Shown piece by piece: positions 45,172-55,882 of a stretch of DNA of 64,000 nucleotides; the stretch's first letter is position 1; each line of letters opens with the position of its first letter. The notes under the pieces were generated by a model. The model did not search any database. It was not told the DNA's origin and saw only the letters and a program-made list of their open reading frames with translations. The stretch covers positions 15,291-79,290 of the forward strand of contig JAXYTD010000052.1 in assembly GCA_037426365.1 (NCBI GenBank), written 5' to 3'. The DNA is from a bacterium. GTDB taxonomy: Bacteria > Pseudomonadota > Gammaproteobacteria > Enterobacterales > Succinivibrionaceae. The position numbers were made by a program, and so were the translations under genes.

Positions 45172-46551
45172 ATGTTCAAAAAACAAGGTAAAAACATGCA
45201 TTTCTTAGCAGATATTAAAGAGCGTGAACAGAGACTTCAGCATATTGCAAATGAGGCGGTAAACAAAGCTTTGTCAGCAGGAGCTGATTCTTGTGCAGCT
45301 GTAAGTGCAAGTGCTCAGGGTATATCTGTCTCAAGTCGTAACGGTGAAGTAGAAAATTTAGAATTTAACCGTGACAATGAATTGAGTATTACTGTTTATA
45401 AAAATAATCGCCGCGGCAGTGCATCTACTACTGATTTAAGTTCGGAAGCTTTAGATCAGACAGCTGTAGCTGCGGTAGCTTTGGCAAAATATTCCGATAG
45501 TGATGAATGTGCAGGGTTGCCTGATGTTGATCTTTTGTGTCATGAATTCAGGGATCTCAAAGTCTTATATCCTGGATTTAAATCCCCTGACGATGCTGTA
45601 AAACTTGCTGTTGATTTAGATCGTTGCGGTGGAGCTATCAAAACCGGCGGGATCAAAGGATCTGACGGATCAAGTGTGGATTATTCCGTTTATACCAACT
45701 GTTTAGCCAATTCGTCAGGTTTTTGCAGAGCAAGTTCATCCAGTATTTGTTCGGCTGGTCTTACTTTATTGGGAGAAAGGGATGGAAAAATGCAACGCGG
45801 TAGCGGTTTTACCGTTGCACGAGATCCTTTGAAACTGGAGCAGTTAGTTGAAGTGACTGATGAGGCTTATAAAAAAACTAGCGGAAAATTAGGTGCCGTT
45901 TCAGTAAAAACCGGTAAATACAATGTGATTTTTTCGCGCTCTGCTGTGCAAAGTCTGCTTGGCAATTTTGCACAAGCAATTTCTGGCAACGCAATATACA
46001 GGAGAGGATCTTTCCTGTGCGACTTTTTGGGTAAAAAAGTGATGCCGCAATATGTATCTTTATTAGAAGATCCGTTTATTGAAGGAAGTTTTGGTGCTGC
46101 TAATTGTGACGGAGAAGGAGTAAGGGTAACCAAAAATTTATTGGTAAAGGACGGAATATTGCAGGATTATTTACTTTCGTCTTATTCAGCACGAAAACTA
46201 AAGATGCGTACCAACGGGCACTCAGGCGGTATTTACAATTGGTTTTTAAACTTTGACAAATCTCATACCAGAAGTTTTGACGACTTATTAAAGGAAGCGG
46301 GAGAGGGTTTGGTTATAGACGAACTTATGGGACAGGGAGCTGATCTTACAAGCGGAAATTATTCTAGGGGAGCTGCCGGTTATTATTTTAAGAACGGGAA
46401 GAGGGAGTATGCCGTATCTGAAATTACGGTGGCAGGAAATTTAAAAGATATGTTTTTGAATATGGCTCTTATTGGTAACGATATCGACAAACGTTATAAA
46501 GTTCAGACAGGATCTATTCTTATTCCGAAGCTTACGGTATCAGGGAATTAA
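45172..46551 (+). CDS. pmbA: metalloprotease PmbA (TldE)
   Basis: Collinear with E. coli PmbA (GISVSSRNGEVENLEFN, SITVYKNNRRGSASTTDLS). The start could be the ATG at 45196. Confidence 0.93.
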   Translation: MFKKQGKNMHFLADIKEREQRLQHIANEAVNKALSAGADSCAAVSASAQGISVSSRNGEVENLEFNRDNELSITVYKNNRRGSASTTDLSSEALDQTAVAAVALAKYSDSDECAGLPDVDLLCHEFRDLKVLYPGFKSPDDAVKLAVDLDRCGGAIKTGGIKGSDGSSVDYSVYTNCLANSSGFCRASSSSICSAGLTLLGERDGKMQRGSGFTVARDPLKLEQLVEVTDEAYKKTSGKLGAVSVKTGKYNVIFSRSAVQSLLGNFAQAISGNAIYRRGSFLCDFLGKKVMPQYVSLLEDPFIEGSFGAANCDGEGVRVTKNLLVKDGILQDYLLSSYSARKLKMRTNGHSGGIYNWFLNFDKSHTRSFDDLLKEAGEGLVIDELMGQGADLTSGNYSRGAAGYYFKNGKREYAVSEITVAGNLKDMFLNMALIGNDIDKRYKVQTGSILIPKLTVSGN

Positions 46552-46592
46552 GCAAAGATGTTTCTTTGAACTTAGGGATCTTTTATAGAGAA

Positions 46593-46618
46593 AAAGCGGG
46601 ATCTTACCCCCGCTTTTA
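46593..46618. terminator. bidirectional terminator between pmbA and gpmI
   Basis: A-run, stem AGCGGG / CCCGCT, T-run. Confidence 0.7.
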
Positions 46619-46652
46619 TCAGAATATCTAACTAATTAGCAGTAATTGACAA

Positions 46653-48191
46653 CTATTGTAATTCCACAATAGGAGTTCCGGTCATTTCTTTTGGTTGTTC
46701 CATGCCGATCAAAGACAGAATGGTCGGTGCTAAATCGCACAAACGACCGTCTTGTCTCATTTTTGCTTTTCTGCCTACATAAATAAGCGGAACAGGTAAA
46801 TTAGTGTGAGCTGTATAAGGCTGACCGGTGGTTAGATCTTTCATGCGTTCGCAATTGCCGTGATCTGCTGTAATGAGGCATTCACCGTTTACTTTCTTCA
46901 GTGATTCAACCACGCGTCCTATGCAGTGATCAACTGCTTCTACTGCTTTAACAGCTGCATCAAATTTACCGGTATGACCGACCATATCGCCGTTAGGATA
47001 ATTGCAGATGACAACATCGTATTTTCCTGATTCGATAGCGTTACAGAGTTTGTCGGTCAGTTCTTGTGAACTCATTTCAGGTTGCAGATCATAAGTGGCA
47101 ACCTTGGGAGACTGAACAAGAATACGATCTTCACCGGGGAATATGGTTTCGACTCCTCCGTTGAAGAAGAAGGTGACGTGGGCATACTTCTCGGTTTCTG
47201 AGATACGTAATTGAGTCTTGCCGTGTTTGGAAAGCCATTCACCCAAAGTGTTGACTAAATCCTCAGGCGGGTACGCACAAGCGGTTTTAATATCTGCAGC
47301 GTATTGAGTGAGCATTACAAAGTCTGCAAGTTTAGGACGGTATGCACGTTTAAATCCTTTGAATTCATCATCTGAATTAACAAAGGCACGGGAAATTTGA
47401 CGGGCACGATCAGCACGGAAATTCATAAAGATCATGCTGTCCCCGTCTTCCATCTTTACTGGTTCGCCGATAACGGATGCTTTAACGAATTCATCGTTTT
47501 CATCACGATCGTAGGCTGCCTTTAATGCTTCAGTTGCAGAAGCAAAAGGAGCAAAATCACTCTTGGCTTCGGTGATGAGATCATAGGCAGCCTGAACGCG
47601 GTCCCAACGATTGTCACGATCCATTGCATAATAACGACCGATAAGCGAAACGATGCGTCCTACACCCAACTCTTTGAATAATTTTTCAAAGAAGTCGATG
47701 TCTCCCTGAGCAGAACGCGGAGGAACGTCACGACCGTCTAAGAAGGGGTGGAAGTAGATTTTTTTTGCACCGCGTTGTGCTGCCAACTTAATCATAGCGG
47801 CAATATGTTGCTCGTGACTATGAACTCCGCCGGGAGACATCAGTCCCATGATGTGAACAGCTTTACCGGCTTTTACAGCTTTATCTACGGCTTCAACAAG
47901 TACTTTGTTTTTAAAAAAATCACCGTCTTCGATGGCCTTGGTTATACGTGTCAATTCCTGATAGACGATTCTGCCGGCACCGATATTGGTGTGACCGACT
48001 TCAGAATTACCCATCTGACCTTCAGGCAGACCTACATATGTACCTGAAGCCTGAATGTCGGTGTGAGCATATTCGGCGGTGAGTTTATCCAAATTGGGAG
48101 TTTTTGCTGCGGCAACGGCATTGAACTCTTTATTGGGATTATCTCCCCAGCCATCCATAATGATAAGTGCGAAAGTTTTCTTCTTTTCCAT
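46653..48191 (-). CDS. gpmI: 2,3-bisphosphoglycerate-independent phosphoglycerate mutase
   Basis: 512 aa, [27 protein letters not shown] motifs. Confidence 0.97.
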   Translation of the reverse strand: MEKKKTFALIIMDGWGDNPNKEFNAVAAAKTPNLDKLTAEYAHTDIQASGTYVGLPEGQMGNSEVGHTNIGAGRIVYQELTRITKAIEDGDFFKNKVLVEAVDKAVKAGKAVHIMGLMSPGGVHSHEQHIAAMIKLAAQRGAKKIYFHPFLDGRDVPPRSAQGDIDFFEKLFKELGVGRIVSLIGRYYAMDRDNRWDRVQAAYDLITEAKSDFAPFASATEALKAAYDRDENDEFVKASVIGEPVKMEDGDSMIFMNFRADRARQISRAFVNSDDEFKGFKRAYRPKLADFVMLTQYAADIKTACAYPPEDLVNTLGEWLSKHGKTQLRISETEKYAHVTFFFNGGVETIFPGEDRILVQSPKVATYDLQPEMSSQELTDKLCNAIESGKYDVVICNYPNGDMVGHTGKFDAAVKAVEAVDHCIGRVVESLKKVNGECLITADHGNCERMKDLTTGQPYTAHTNLPVPLIYVGRKAKMRQDGRLCDLAPTILSLIGMEQPKEMTGTPIVELQ

Positions 48192-48438
48192 AAATGAAAG
48201 ACTTCTCTTGATTGTGTGAATGCTGATAGTATTTTAGCTGTATTTCATCATTAAAATGAGACTTTTTCACTGTCGATGGTGTCAGTTGATAAGAATTACC
48301 TATAACTAACTTGTTACGCATCTTTTGATACGGTGCACACTTGATTGGGTAGAATTTTTTTCAATGGCTTCCGTATGTTAAAATTTTACGATCGAAATAG
48401 ACTCGATTTAAACAATTCTTCTTTTTGAGAGGTATGTC

Positions 48439-48900
48439 GTGGAAAGTTTATTTTCAGCTGAAAATATGGCTGAATTTTCTGCTTTTTTCGGTCGTCATTA
48501 CTTTATGTGCATGATTTGGGTTTTTGCTTTTGCAGGACTCATTTTTGTGCAGTTACGTATGATGACGGCTAGGATCAAAAAAGTGACTTCTGCAGGAGCC
48601 ACTTTCATGGTCAATCACGAAAACGGTCTTTACTTAGATGTAAGATCCGCAGATGCTTTTGGTAAAGGTCATATTGCAGGATCTGAGAATGTTTCGGCAG
48701 CCGACATTAAAGCGGGCAAAGTTCAGCGCGTCGGTGCTGATCTTAACCGTCCGCTTATCATGGTAGGTCGTGACAAGTATGACTCTGATGCTTTTAACAG
48801 TGCCAGAGCCCTCAAAAAACAGGGTTATACCAAAGTCTTCTCTTTAGAAGGTGGAATAGCTCAGTGGCAGATTGATAATCTCCCGCTTTCTATTAAGTGA
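48439..48900 (+). CDS. yibN: rhodanese-domain inner membrane protein YibN-like
   Basis: GTG start with GAGAGG SD, N-terminal TM helix, rhodanese fold (GHIAGSENV). Divergent from gpmI and upstream of secB as in E. coli. No active-site Cys seen. Confidence 0.8.
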   Translation: MESLFSAENMAEFSAFFGRHYFMCMIWVFAFAGLIFVQLRMMTARIKKVTSAGATFMVNHENGLYLDVRSADAFGKGHIAGSENVSAADIKAGKVQRVGADLNRPLIMVGRDKYDSDAFNSARALKKQGYTKVFSLEGGIAQWQIDNLPLSIK

Positions 48901-48920
48901 TCAGCATAAGGAAAACTAAA

Positions 48921-49439
48921 ATGGCAGATAATGATCAGAAAAGTGAAGTGACAAATTCAAATACTCAGCCTCAGCAGGCTCCCCAGCCTGAATTTGAAAT
49001 ATTGAGAGTTTATGCGAAAGATTGCTCTTTAGAGACTCCCAATACTCCGGCTATTTTCCGCGAGCCCTGGAAGCCTCAGATTAACGTTGAATTTGATGCT
49101 AAGCCTCAGAGTGTTGATACTGATCAATTTGAAATTGATTTGCGTGTTACCGTGACCTGCAAGGTCGGCGAAAAGACTGCTTTCATCGCGGAAGTCCATC
49201 AAGGCGGACTTTTCTTAGTGCGCAATGTCAGTGATGAGGCCGCACATTATCTTTTGGGTGCCGTTGCTCCTAATATTCTTTTCCCTTATGCACGTGAACA
49301 TATTGCGTCCATGGTTAATCGTGCTACGTTCCCTGCTTTGAATTTGCGTCCGCTTAACTTTGAAGCCATTTATCGTGCGCGTCAGGCTGAAGCCATGGCT
49401 AAGGCAGCCGCTGCGAAGAAAGAAGAGGCAAAGGCTTAA
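48921..49439 (+). CDS. secB: protein export chaperone SecB
   Basis: FEILRVYAKDCSLETPN, FPYAREHIASMVNRATFPALNL. Start set at the ATG at 48921 (AAGGAAA upstream). Confidence 0.94.
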   Translation: MADNDQKSEVTNSNTQPQQAPQPEFEILRVYAKDCSLETPNTPAIFREPWKPQINVEFDAKPQSVDTDQFEIDLRVTVTCKVGEKTAFIAEVHQGGLFLVRNVSDEAAHYLLGAVAPNILFPYAREHIASMVNRATFPALNLRPLNFEAIYRARQAEAMAKAAAAKKEEAKA

Positions 49440-49446
49440 ATATCCG

Positions 49447-50448
49447 ATGCTTCGGACAGCCAGTGATCTTAGCGTTATTGGTGCCGGTTCTTACGGTACC
49501 TCTTTGGCAGTTTCTGCAGCAAAAAAAGGTCTGCGCGTAATTCTTTGGGACAGAAATTCCGAAAGAGCGCGGCAAATGCAACTCAAAAGGGAAAATATCA
49601 AGTATCTTCCCGGTATCATTTTTCCGGATACGCTTAAAGTTGTTTCTTCGCTTGAAACTGCCGTACGCTCATCTCTTAGACTTTTGGTGGTAGTTCCCTC
49701 TAAAACTTTTAGAGAGGTCGTCTCCGCTATTTCTGCATTTGTTTCTCCAAGTCATTCTTTGGCATGGGCAACTAAAGGATTAAGTTCCGACGGGCGTTTC
49801 TTAAGCGAAGTTGCTAAAGAAATTTTGCCATATGAACTGCCTTTGGCGGTCTTGTCAGGTCCGACGTTTGCCAGAGAACTTGCTTTCGGTATGCCTACGG
49901 CTATATCAGTAGCTGGTATTCCTTCTTCCTTCGCTGCTGAAATTTGTGAATTGATGCATACAGATACTTTCAGATTGTATGAAAGTAAAGATCTCATCGG
50001 TTTACAGATAGGCGGGGCAGTTAAAAATGTCATTGCTATAGCAGCGGGAATGTCGGACGGTTTGGGATACGGTGCTAATGCGAGAACGGCAGTGATCACA
50101 CGAGGACTTGCAGAAATGGTCAGGTTCGGATTGGCCTGTGGCGCGGAAGAGCGTTCTTTCATGGGATTGTCGGGACTTGGTGATCTTATTTTGACTTGTA
50201 CCGACGATCAGTCTCGTAATCGACGATTCGGCGTTATGTTGGGGCAAGGTAAAACTTCAGTTGAAGCTTTAAACAATATAGGTCAGGTTGTTGAAGGTTA
50301 CGGAATGGTTAACGTGATCAAGAACCTTTCTGCAAAATTGGGAATTGAAATGCCGATTTGTTCCGAACTTTACGAAGTGCTTTATAAAGGAAAAAACGGC
50401 TGTGATGCCGCCAGATCACTTTTAACTCGTGAGTTAAAAGCCGAGTAA
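49447..50448 (+). CDS. gpsA: NAD(P)H-dependent glycerol-3-phosphate dehydrogenase
   Basis: VIGAGSYGTSLA Rossmann motif, GAVKNVIAIAAG, TCTDDQSRNRRFG. The track ORF start at 49360 lies inside secB. Confidence 0.95.
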   Translation: MLRTASDLSVIGAGSYGTSLAVSAAKKGLRVILWDRNSERARQMQLKRENIKYLPGIIFPDTLKVVSSLETAVRSSLRLLVVVPSKTFREVVSAISAFVSPSHSLAWATKGLSSDGRFLSEVAKEILPYELPLAVLSGPTFARELAFGMPTAISVAGIPSSFAAEICELMHTDTFRLYESKDLIGLQIGGAVKNVIAIAAGMSDGLGYGANARTAVITRGLAEMVRFGLACGAEERSFMGLSGLGDLILTCTDDQSRNRRFGVMLGQGKTSVEALNNIGQVVEGYGMVNVIKNLSAKLGIEMPICSELYEVLYKGKNGCDAARSLLTRELKAE

Positions 50449-50460
50449 AATTAGGCAAAC

Positions 50461-50508
50461 AAAAAAAGGCCGGATCTTTAAAATTATCAGGAAGATCCGG
50501 CCTTTGTT
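50461..50508. terminator. bidirectional terminator (gpsA / sugar-binding protein gene)
   Basis: 14-bp stem AAAGGCCGGATCTT / AAGATCCGGCCTTT flanked by an A-run and a T-rich tract. Confidence 0.85.
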
Positions 50509-50540
50509 ATACCGAAGCTGATGCTTCGATATAACCACTA

Positions 50541-51680
50541 TTATTTGGCACGTGCAGCAGCGTCAGCAATAGAGAGTTTGTTAGCTGCTTTCTGCAAACC
50601 TTCGATGTCGAGTTTTGACAGAGCAACGAGTTCGTCGTTGGTATAAGGCAATTGTTTAACAAAGTACTGATCATATCCTTCGTAATCCTTGGTTGAGGAT
50701 ACGAACAGGTAAGGGAACTTGAAGTCTTCGAATTTACCTTCAATGTCCTTGTATTCACCCTTGATGGCGTTATAAGTCATCATGAATGCAAACAAAGGAT
50801 CGCAGAAGTGACCGCCTGATTCACCGGCCATTGAACCATTAGCCAGTCTTTCTCCCAAATCAGGAAGGAAGTCGGTAGATACGATGTGGATCTTTCCGGT
50901 CTTGCCTGCTCTTTCTACGGCTGCAATGGCACCCTGTAAAGGATCACCGCCACCACCGGCAGGGATCAGAGCGTCAAGCTTAGGATTTGCCGCCATTAGA
51001 GCTTCAGCTGCTTTTGAACCGCCTTCTGAAGATGTACCTGCGTACTGAGGTTCGGATAGATTGACCTGATCGTTAGGATGAGCTTTATTCCATTTTTCCA
51101 CACCGGCTTTATAACCAGTCCATCTGCCTAACCAGGTTGCATCGCCTTGTTCCCAACCGATAAGACCGATGTTACGGCATCCTTTGTCAATCAGGATATT
51201 CACGAGCTTTTCACCATTGTCTGGTTCATTTTCGTGAACGGCACCGATGTAGTAAGGTGATTCGGTAGCCATTTTGTAAATATCCGGATTAGCGTCTTTA
51301 GAAATAATACGGAAGAACTGGGTAAGGTAAATCTCATACTCATTTGCAGTCTTAATGGCGGAAACCATTTCCGTGTCTGAAGAGTTACAAATGATTACAC
51401 CCTGACAACCAGCAGCAGCCAACTGTTCAACTGATGCTGTAACTTTTTCGGAGATGTGGCCTTGGTCAACATATTGAACCTGAACACCCAAAGATTCGGC
51501 TGCTTTGTCCAGAATACGTTTGCACTGTGAGCCTAAAACGTCAGTGGATGACCAAATGGAAACACCGATTTTGATCTCGCTGTTTTCAATTGCTGAAGCA
51601 CTGGTGCTGAAACCGGCGATACCTGCCGCAAAGGTAGTGCAGGCAACTGCAAAAGCTACTTTTTTTAAAGCAAATTTCAT
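50541..51680 (-). CDS. periplasmic sugar-binding protein of an ABC transporter (PBP type 1)
   Basis: Start at MKFALKK gives a signal peptide ending ASA. Alternating beta-alpha PBP1 pattern. Strong codon bias. The track ORF is 48 codons longer. Confidence 0.85.
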   Translation of the reverse strand: MKFALKKVAFAVACTTFAAGIAGFSTSASAIENSEIKIGVSIWSSTDVLGSQCKRILDKAAESLGVQVQYVDQGHISEKVTASVEQLAAAGCQGVIICNSSDTEMVSAIKTANEYEIYLTQFFRIISKDANPDIYKMATESPYYIGAVHENEPDNGEKLVNILIDKGCRNIGLIGWEQGDATWLGRWTGYKAGVEKWNKAHPNDQVNLSEPQYAGTSSEGGSKAAEALMAANPKLDALIPAGGGGDPLQGAIAAVERAGKTGKIHIVSTDFLPDLGERLANGSMAGESGGHFCDPLFAFMMTYNAIKGEYKDIEGKFEDFKFPYLFVSSTKDYEGYDQYFVKQLPYTNDELVALSKLDIEGLQKAANKLSIADAAARAK

Positions 51681-52354
51681 ATTTTTTATCCCTATGTTGT
51701 TACAGCTGACTTCCGCAAGCTGCATCAGGCGGTGCGGCAATGAAGCTTTGCACCTTTGCCCTCTGGCTGTAAATATATAGAAAAAAAGCGTCCGTAAACG
51801 TGTGCGGAGATCACAAAAACGCAAAAATATACATATTTTTTTAGAAAAGCTTTATTATTAATTTGATCTATAAAGATATTTTATGAAATGTTAAAAAATT
51901 CTGATTTTCGGATAATTAACCTTTCTCTCTTTTTATTCCGAAATTAGCAAGCGTTAAATGCAAACAAGGTCGCGATAATCGGAATTCGGTTTTATGTTTT
52001 TCAATTGATAATGGATTTAACGTAAAACTCCCGAAAAAAAGCCTTTTCAAACTTTTTTATTCAATATGTGATCATGGTCAAATAAAGCGATAAAAACAAC
52101 CAAAAAACGTGCGATCCTCCGAATAATCGCAAGCGGTTGCATTGATTTTGAGTCAATGCGGAATAAGCTAAAGGAAAGCCTGCGGGAACAGATCCTGAGT
52201 CAATCTTTGCGTTTGGCGTGTTCGATGCAAGAAAAAAGTTGAATTTTCAGCATTTATCAGGACGTTTTCCCTAATTTTTAAAGCAGAGTATTCGGATGCA
52301 ATACGCAGCAATGCGTTTGTGAACCGCCTTCACGAATGCCGTCGGGTAATAAAT

Positions 52355-53305
52355 ATGACTGGATTCAAAAACCTGTCCGGAGCTACCAAGGGATATATAG
52401 TGCTTGTATCTTTGGTATTTCTCTCCTGGCTGATTTTCAAAGTTCTCACTCCTGACAACTTCGGATCAGCTTCGAACATGCTGAGTTATTTTCAAGCAAG
52501 TCTTATAACCACGGTCGGTGCCGTAGGCTTCTATTTCGTGATGGATATGGGACTGTTTGATTTTTCTATTGGTGCCAATATTATTTTGTCAGGCATCATC
52601 GGCTGCCAGTTAGCTACCGGGCTTGATATGGGGTATTTCGGTTTGGTAGCTGGGTGTTTGGTGACGGGTGCTTTAGTCGGTTTGTGCAACGGTGTTCTTT
52701 ACGTTAAGTTGCGTATCCCTTCTATGATTGTTACTGCTGGTTTGGCATTGATCTACGAGTCCGTGGCCAACTATATGGCAGGCGGTGTCGAGCAGACCTT
52801 ACCTTCCAATTTACGCGGATTCGGTTCGATGCCCGGCAATGTCATTCTTGCAATTCTTACGTTTGTAATTGCATATGTGATTTTAAATTACACTAGGTTC
52901 GGTACGTATACGTATGCAATCGGCTCTGATGAGTTTGTTGCCAAGAATATGGGCATCAACGTTAACAAATATAAGGTATTGGCATTTGTATTAAGCGGAG
53001 CCTTCTTCGGAGCCATGGCCATTTTGACAATCAGTTACGGTTCATCGATGGTAGCTGTAACCGGTATGGCTTCCATGTCCAGAAACTTTATCCCTACCAT
53101 GGGATGCTTCTTCGGACTCGCTTTTATGAAATACGGCATTCCGCTACAAGCCATTATTTTGGGTGAGTTCATAGTTAACATCATCTTCTTCGGCTTCATT
53201 TCTTTGGGGGCGCCTACCGCAATTCAAGATGTGATCACCGGTTTGGCTTTGCTAGTCATTATTACCATGACCACCAAGGTTACCAAGGGTGAAATCGTTA
53301 AATAA
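52355..53305 (+). CDS. sugar ABC transporter permease (RbsC/AraH family)
   Basis: About 9 TM helices, family-typical ITTVGAVGFYFVMDMGLFDFSIGA segment. Start at the ATG at 52355. Confidence 0.88.
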   Translation: MTGFKNLSGATKGYIVLVSLVFLSWLIFKVLTPDNFGSASNMLSYFQASLITTVGAVGFYFVMDMGLFDFSIGANIILSGIIGCQLATGLDMGYFGLVAGCLVTGALVGLCNGVLYVKLRIPSMIVTAGLALIYESVANYMAGGVEQTLPSNLRGFGSMPGNVILAILTFVIAYVILNYTRFGTYTYAIGSDEFVAKNMGINVNKYKVLAFVLSGAFFGAMAILTISYGSSMVAVTGMASMSRNFIPTMGCFFGLAFMKYGIPLQAIILGEFIVNIIFFGFISLGAPTAIQDVITGLALLVIITMTTKVTKGEIVK

Positions 53306-53317
53306 GGGGCGTTACAA

Positions 53318-54829
53318 ATGAGTGAAATCAGATTGCAAGTTGATAACATCTCCAAGTCATTCGGTATCACCAAAGCCTTGAAGAATGTTTCTTTTAATAT
53401 AAATAAGGGTGAAGTTCACGCCCTGATCGGTGAAAACGGTTCCGGCAAATCCACTTTGACCAATATGTTGTGCGGGATTTATTCGATGGATCCTGGGTGC
53501 GGCCGCTTTATTTTGGATGGAAAGGAAATTCATTCAAAAAATCAGGTTGATGCCAATAACCATGGAATTTCCATCATTGTGCAGGAATTGGGGACTTTAT
53601 CGGGGCTTACAGTTGCCGAAAATATTTTTTTAGGTCACGAGGAACGCTTTATTCACGGTGGGATCTTCAGAAATACTGTAGCTATGAATGCCGAAGCTGA
53701 TCGTTTGTTGCATCAGTATGGTTTTGACCGGATCAAGGCTTCTGATTTGGTAGATAACTATAATTTTGAAGATCGCAAGTTAATTGAGATTGTAAAAGCT
53801 ACTTATTTCAAGCCGAAAATAGTGGTTATCGACGAAACTACTACTGCTTTGTCACAGGAAGGACGTGAAGAACTTTATAAACATATGAACCGTATTCGTG
53901 AAGAAGGCGGAACGGTGATTTTTATTTCCCATGATTTGCCTGAAGTGCTAGCAAAGTCGGATACCATCACGATTTTGCGTGACGGAACTTATATAGACAC
54001 AGTTAAATCCTCCGATGTTACTGAAGAAGATATAAAAAAACTCATGGTCGGTCGTGAGATGACCGGTAACTACTATCGAGCCGATTACGGTGAAAAAATT
54101 TCCGATGAAGTGGTATTGTCGGTTCGCAATGTCACCGTACCAGGCATTATTCACGATGTCAGTTTTGATCTGCATCGCGGAGAAATCTTAGGGTTCGGCG
54201 GCTTGTCAGAGTCCGGTATGCATGAAATCGGTAAAGCAATATTCGGTGCAAGTTTTGATCGAGAGGGAACGGTAAAACTTGCAGATGGGACTGTAATAAA
54301 CGATATTCCTACAGCTATCAAACATTCTATTGCCTATACATCCAAGGATAGAGATAACGAATCGATCGTTATTAATCAAAGTATACGTGACAATATTGCG
54401 TTGCCATCTTTAAATGATTTGACCGTGGGACAAAGTAAATTCATCAGTTGGGCAAGAATTAAAGCTTTTGCTGTGAAATTTGCCAAAGAGATGTCTGTAA
54501 AGATGGTCAACACCGATCAGTTTGTATCTGAGCTGTCAGGCGGTAATAAACAAAAAGTTGTTTTGGCTCGCTGGATAGGAAAAGGATCGGACTTAGTTGT
54601 GCTGGACAGTCCTACCCGTGGTATCGACATCAAAGTAAAGCAGGATATATACCAGTTAATGGATGAAATGCGTAAACAGGGAAAATCTATCATTATGATT
54701 TCCGAGGAGCTTATGGAACTCATCGGTATGTGCGATCGCATCATCATTATGAAAGATGGCACTGTCAGCGGAGAGACGCTGCGTAGCCGTGATTTGAACG
54801 AACAGCATCTCATTTCGATGATGGTTTAA
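53318..54829 (+). CDS. sugar ABC transporter ATP-binding protein (duplicated NBD; RbsA/AraG/MglA family)
   Basis: 503 aa. First NBD has GENGSGKST. Second NBD has LSGGNKQKVVLARW. Confidence 0.93.
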   Translation: MSEIRLQVDNISKSFGITKALKNVSFNINKGEVHALIGENGSGKSTLTNMLCGIYSMDPGCGRFILDGKEIHSKNQVDANNHGISIIVQELGTLSGLTVAENIFLGHEERFIHGGIFRNTVAMNAEADRLLHQYGFDRIKASDLVDNYNFEDRKLIEIVKATYFKPKIVVIDETTTALSQEGREELYKHMNRIREEGGTVIFISHDLPEVLAKSDTITILRDGTYIDTVKSSDVTEEDIKKLMVGREMTGNYYRADYGEKISDEVVLSVRNVTVPGIIHDVSFDLHRGEILGFGGLSESGMHEIGKAIFGASFDREGTVKLADGTVINDIPTAIKHSIAYTSKDRDNESIVINQSIRDNIALPSLNDLTVGQSKFISWARIKAFAVKFAKEMSVKMVNTDQFVSELSGGNKQKVVLARWIGKGSDLVVLDSPTRGIDIKVKQDIYQLMDEMRKQGKSIIMISEELMELIGMCDRIIIMKDGTVSGETLRSRDLNEQHLISMMV

Positions 54830-54845
54830 AGATAGGGAGTCAATC

Positions 54846-55811
54846 ATGACTGAAGCAACTGCAGAAATCAGCAAAGAAAGTCAGATGAAAAAACAGCATA
54901 CCTGGAGATTGGTACGTGCATTGTTGCCTATCTTGGGCCTCATTCTGATGTTTATTCTCTTTAATTTTTTAACCCACGGCAGAATGATGAAACATTTGCC
55001 CTTGGCCATGTCTCAGGTGTATGTCACCATGATTGCATCCATGGGCGTGTTCTTTATTATGTCCATGGGAGGTTTGGACTTTTCGCAGGGATCCATTTTG
55101 GGATTGTCTGCTATTACAGTGTGCGTTTTGTCCAAATACAACATTCCTCTGGCTATTGTCGGAGGTATTTGTACCGGAGCATGCATCGGGGCAATCAACG
55201 GTTATTTCTACGTTAATCGTAAAATAAAATCGTTCATAGTAACGATTTGTACCATGTTCCTGTTCCGCGGGCTTATCAAGTTCCTGACTACCAATTCACC
55301 TGTAGCTGGTTCTGCTGATCTGGTAAGCATAGACAGTACTTTCTTTAAAGTTACAGTAACCGCTGTGGTGGTTTTAATCGGTTTTATATGCTTTACCTTC
55401 ACTAGGTTCGGTACTGATTTGAAAGCCATCGGTGCTGGTGAGAAGGCGGCCAAATTCTCCGGTATACGTACGGATCGTATGAAATTTTTTGTTTACGTAT
55501 TGGCCGGAGCCATTACCGGTTTTGCCGCTTTTATCAGTGCCATAAAAGTCGGATCAGTGACTTCCTCAGGCGGCAATCAGCTTGAAACGCAGATCCTGAT
55601 CGCTTTGGTCTTGGGCGGTATGCCTATTTCTGGGGGTGCCATGGTGCGTTTTAGTAACTGTGTTGTGGGTTCGTTGCTTTACGTAGTCTTAACCTCTGGT
55701 TTGACCATGATCGGGTTTACTCCGCAGATGATGCAGCTGATTCAAGGCATTATTTTCTTAGTGTTCGTGGCTATATTTGCCGACAGAGATTCTCTGACGG
55801 TGATCAAGTAA
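54846..55811 (+). CDS. sugar ABC transporter permease (second permease gene)
   Basis: Polytopic protein, paralogous to 52355..53305 (MGGLDFSQGS, RFGTDLKAIG). Confidence 0.88.
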   Translation: MTEATAEISKESQMKKQHTWRLVRALLPILGLILMFILFNFLTHGRMMKHLPLAMSQVYVTMIASMGVFFIMSMGGLDFSQGSILGLSAITVCVLSKYNIPLAIVGGICTGACIGAINGYFYVNRKIKSFIVTICTMFLFRGLIKFLTTNSPVAGSADLVSIDSTFFKVTVTAVVVLIGFICFTFTRFGTDLKAIGAGEKAAKFSGIRTDRMKFFVYVLAGAITGFAAFISAIKVGSVTSSGGNQLETQILIALVLGGMPISGGAMVRFSNCVVGSLLYVVLTSGLTMIGFTPQMMQLIQGIIFLVFVAIFADRDSLTVIK

Positions 55812-55882
55812 TCAGTAAGCCAGAACCGTTGATTTGCGGTTCTGGTAAGTTTTATCTTTAAATGACTAAAAGGTAATTTCAG

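Noticed and set aside
51801-51815. CRP-like site TGTGC-GGAGA-TCACA upstream of the sugar-binding protein gene
   Set aside because: The half-sites are separated by 5 nt, not 6, so it does not fit TGTGA-N6-TCACA. Not called.
51681-51824. N-terminally extended versions of track ORFs (50541..51824, 49360.., 48897.., 59957.., 43562.., 52319.., 58284.., 22115..23374, 30171..30806)
   Set aside because: The extensions overlap upstream genes or terminators and lack homology. Internal starts give canonical N-termini (signal peptide MKFALKK, GpsA Rossmann fold, SecB, GreB MKLPYITRDGY, PckA MKSFDDL) and better Shine-Dalgarno spacing.
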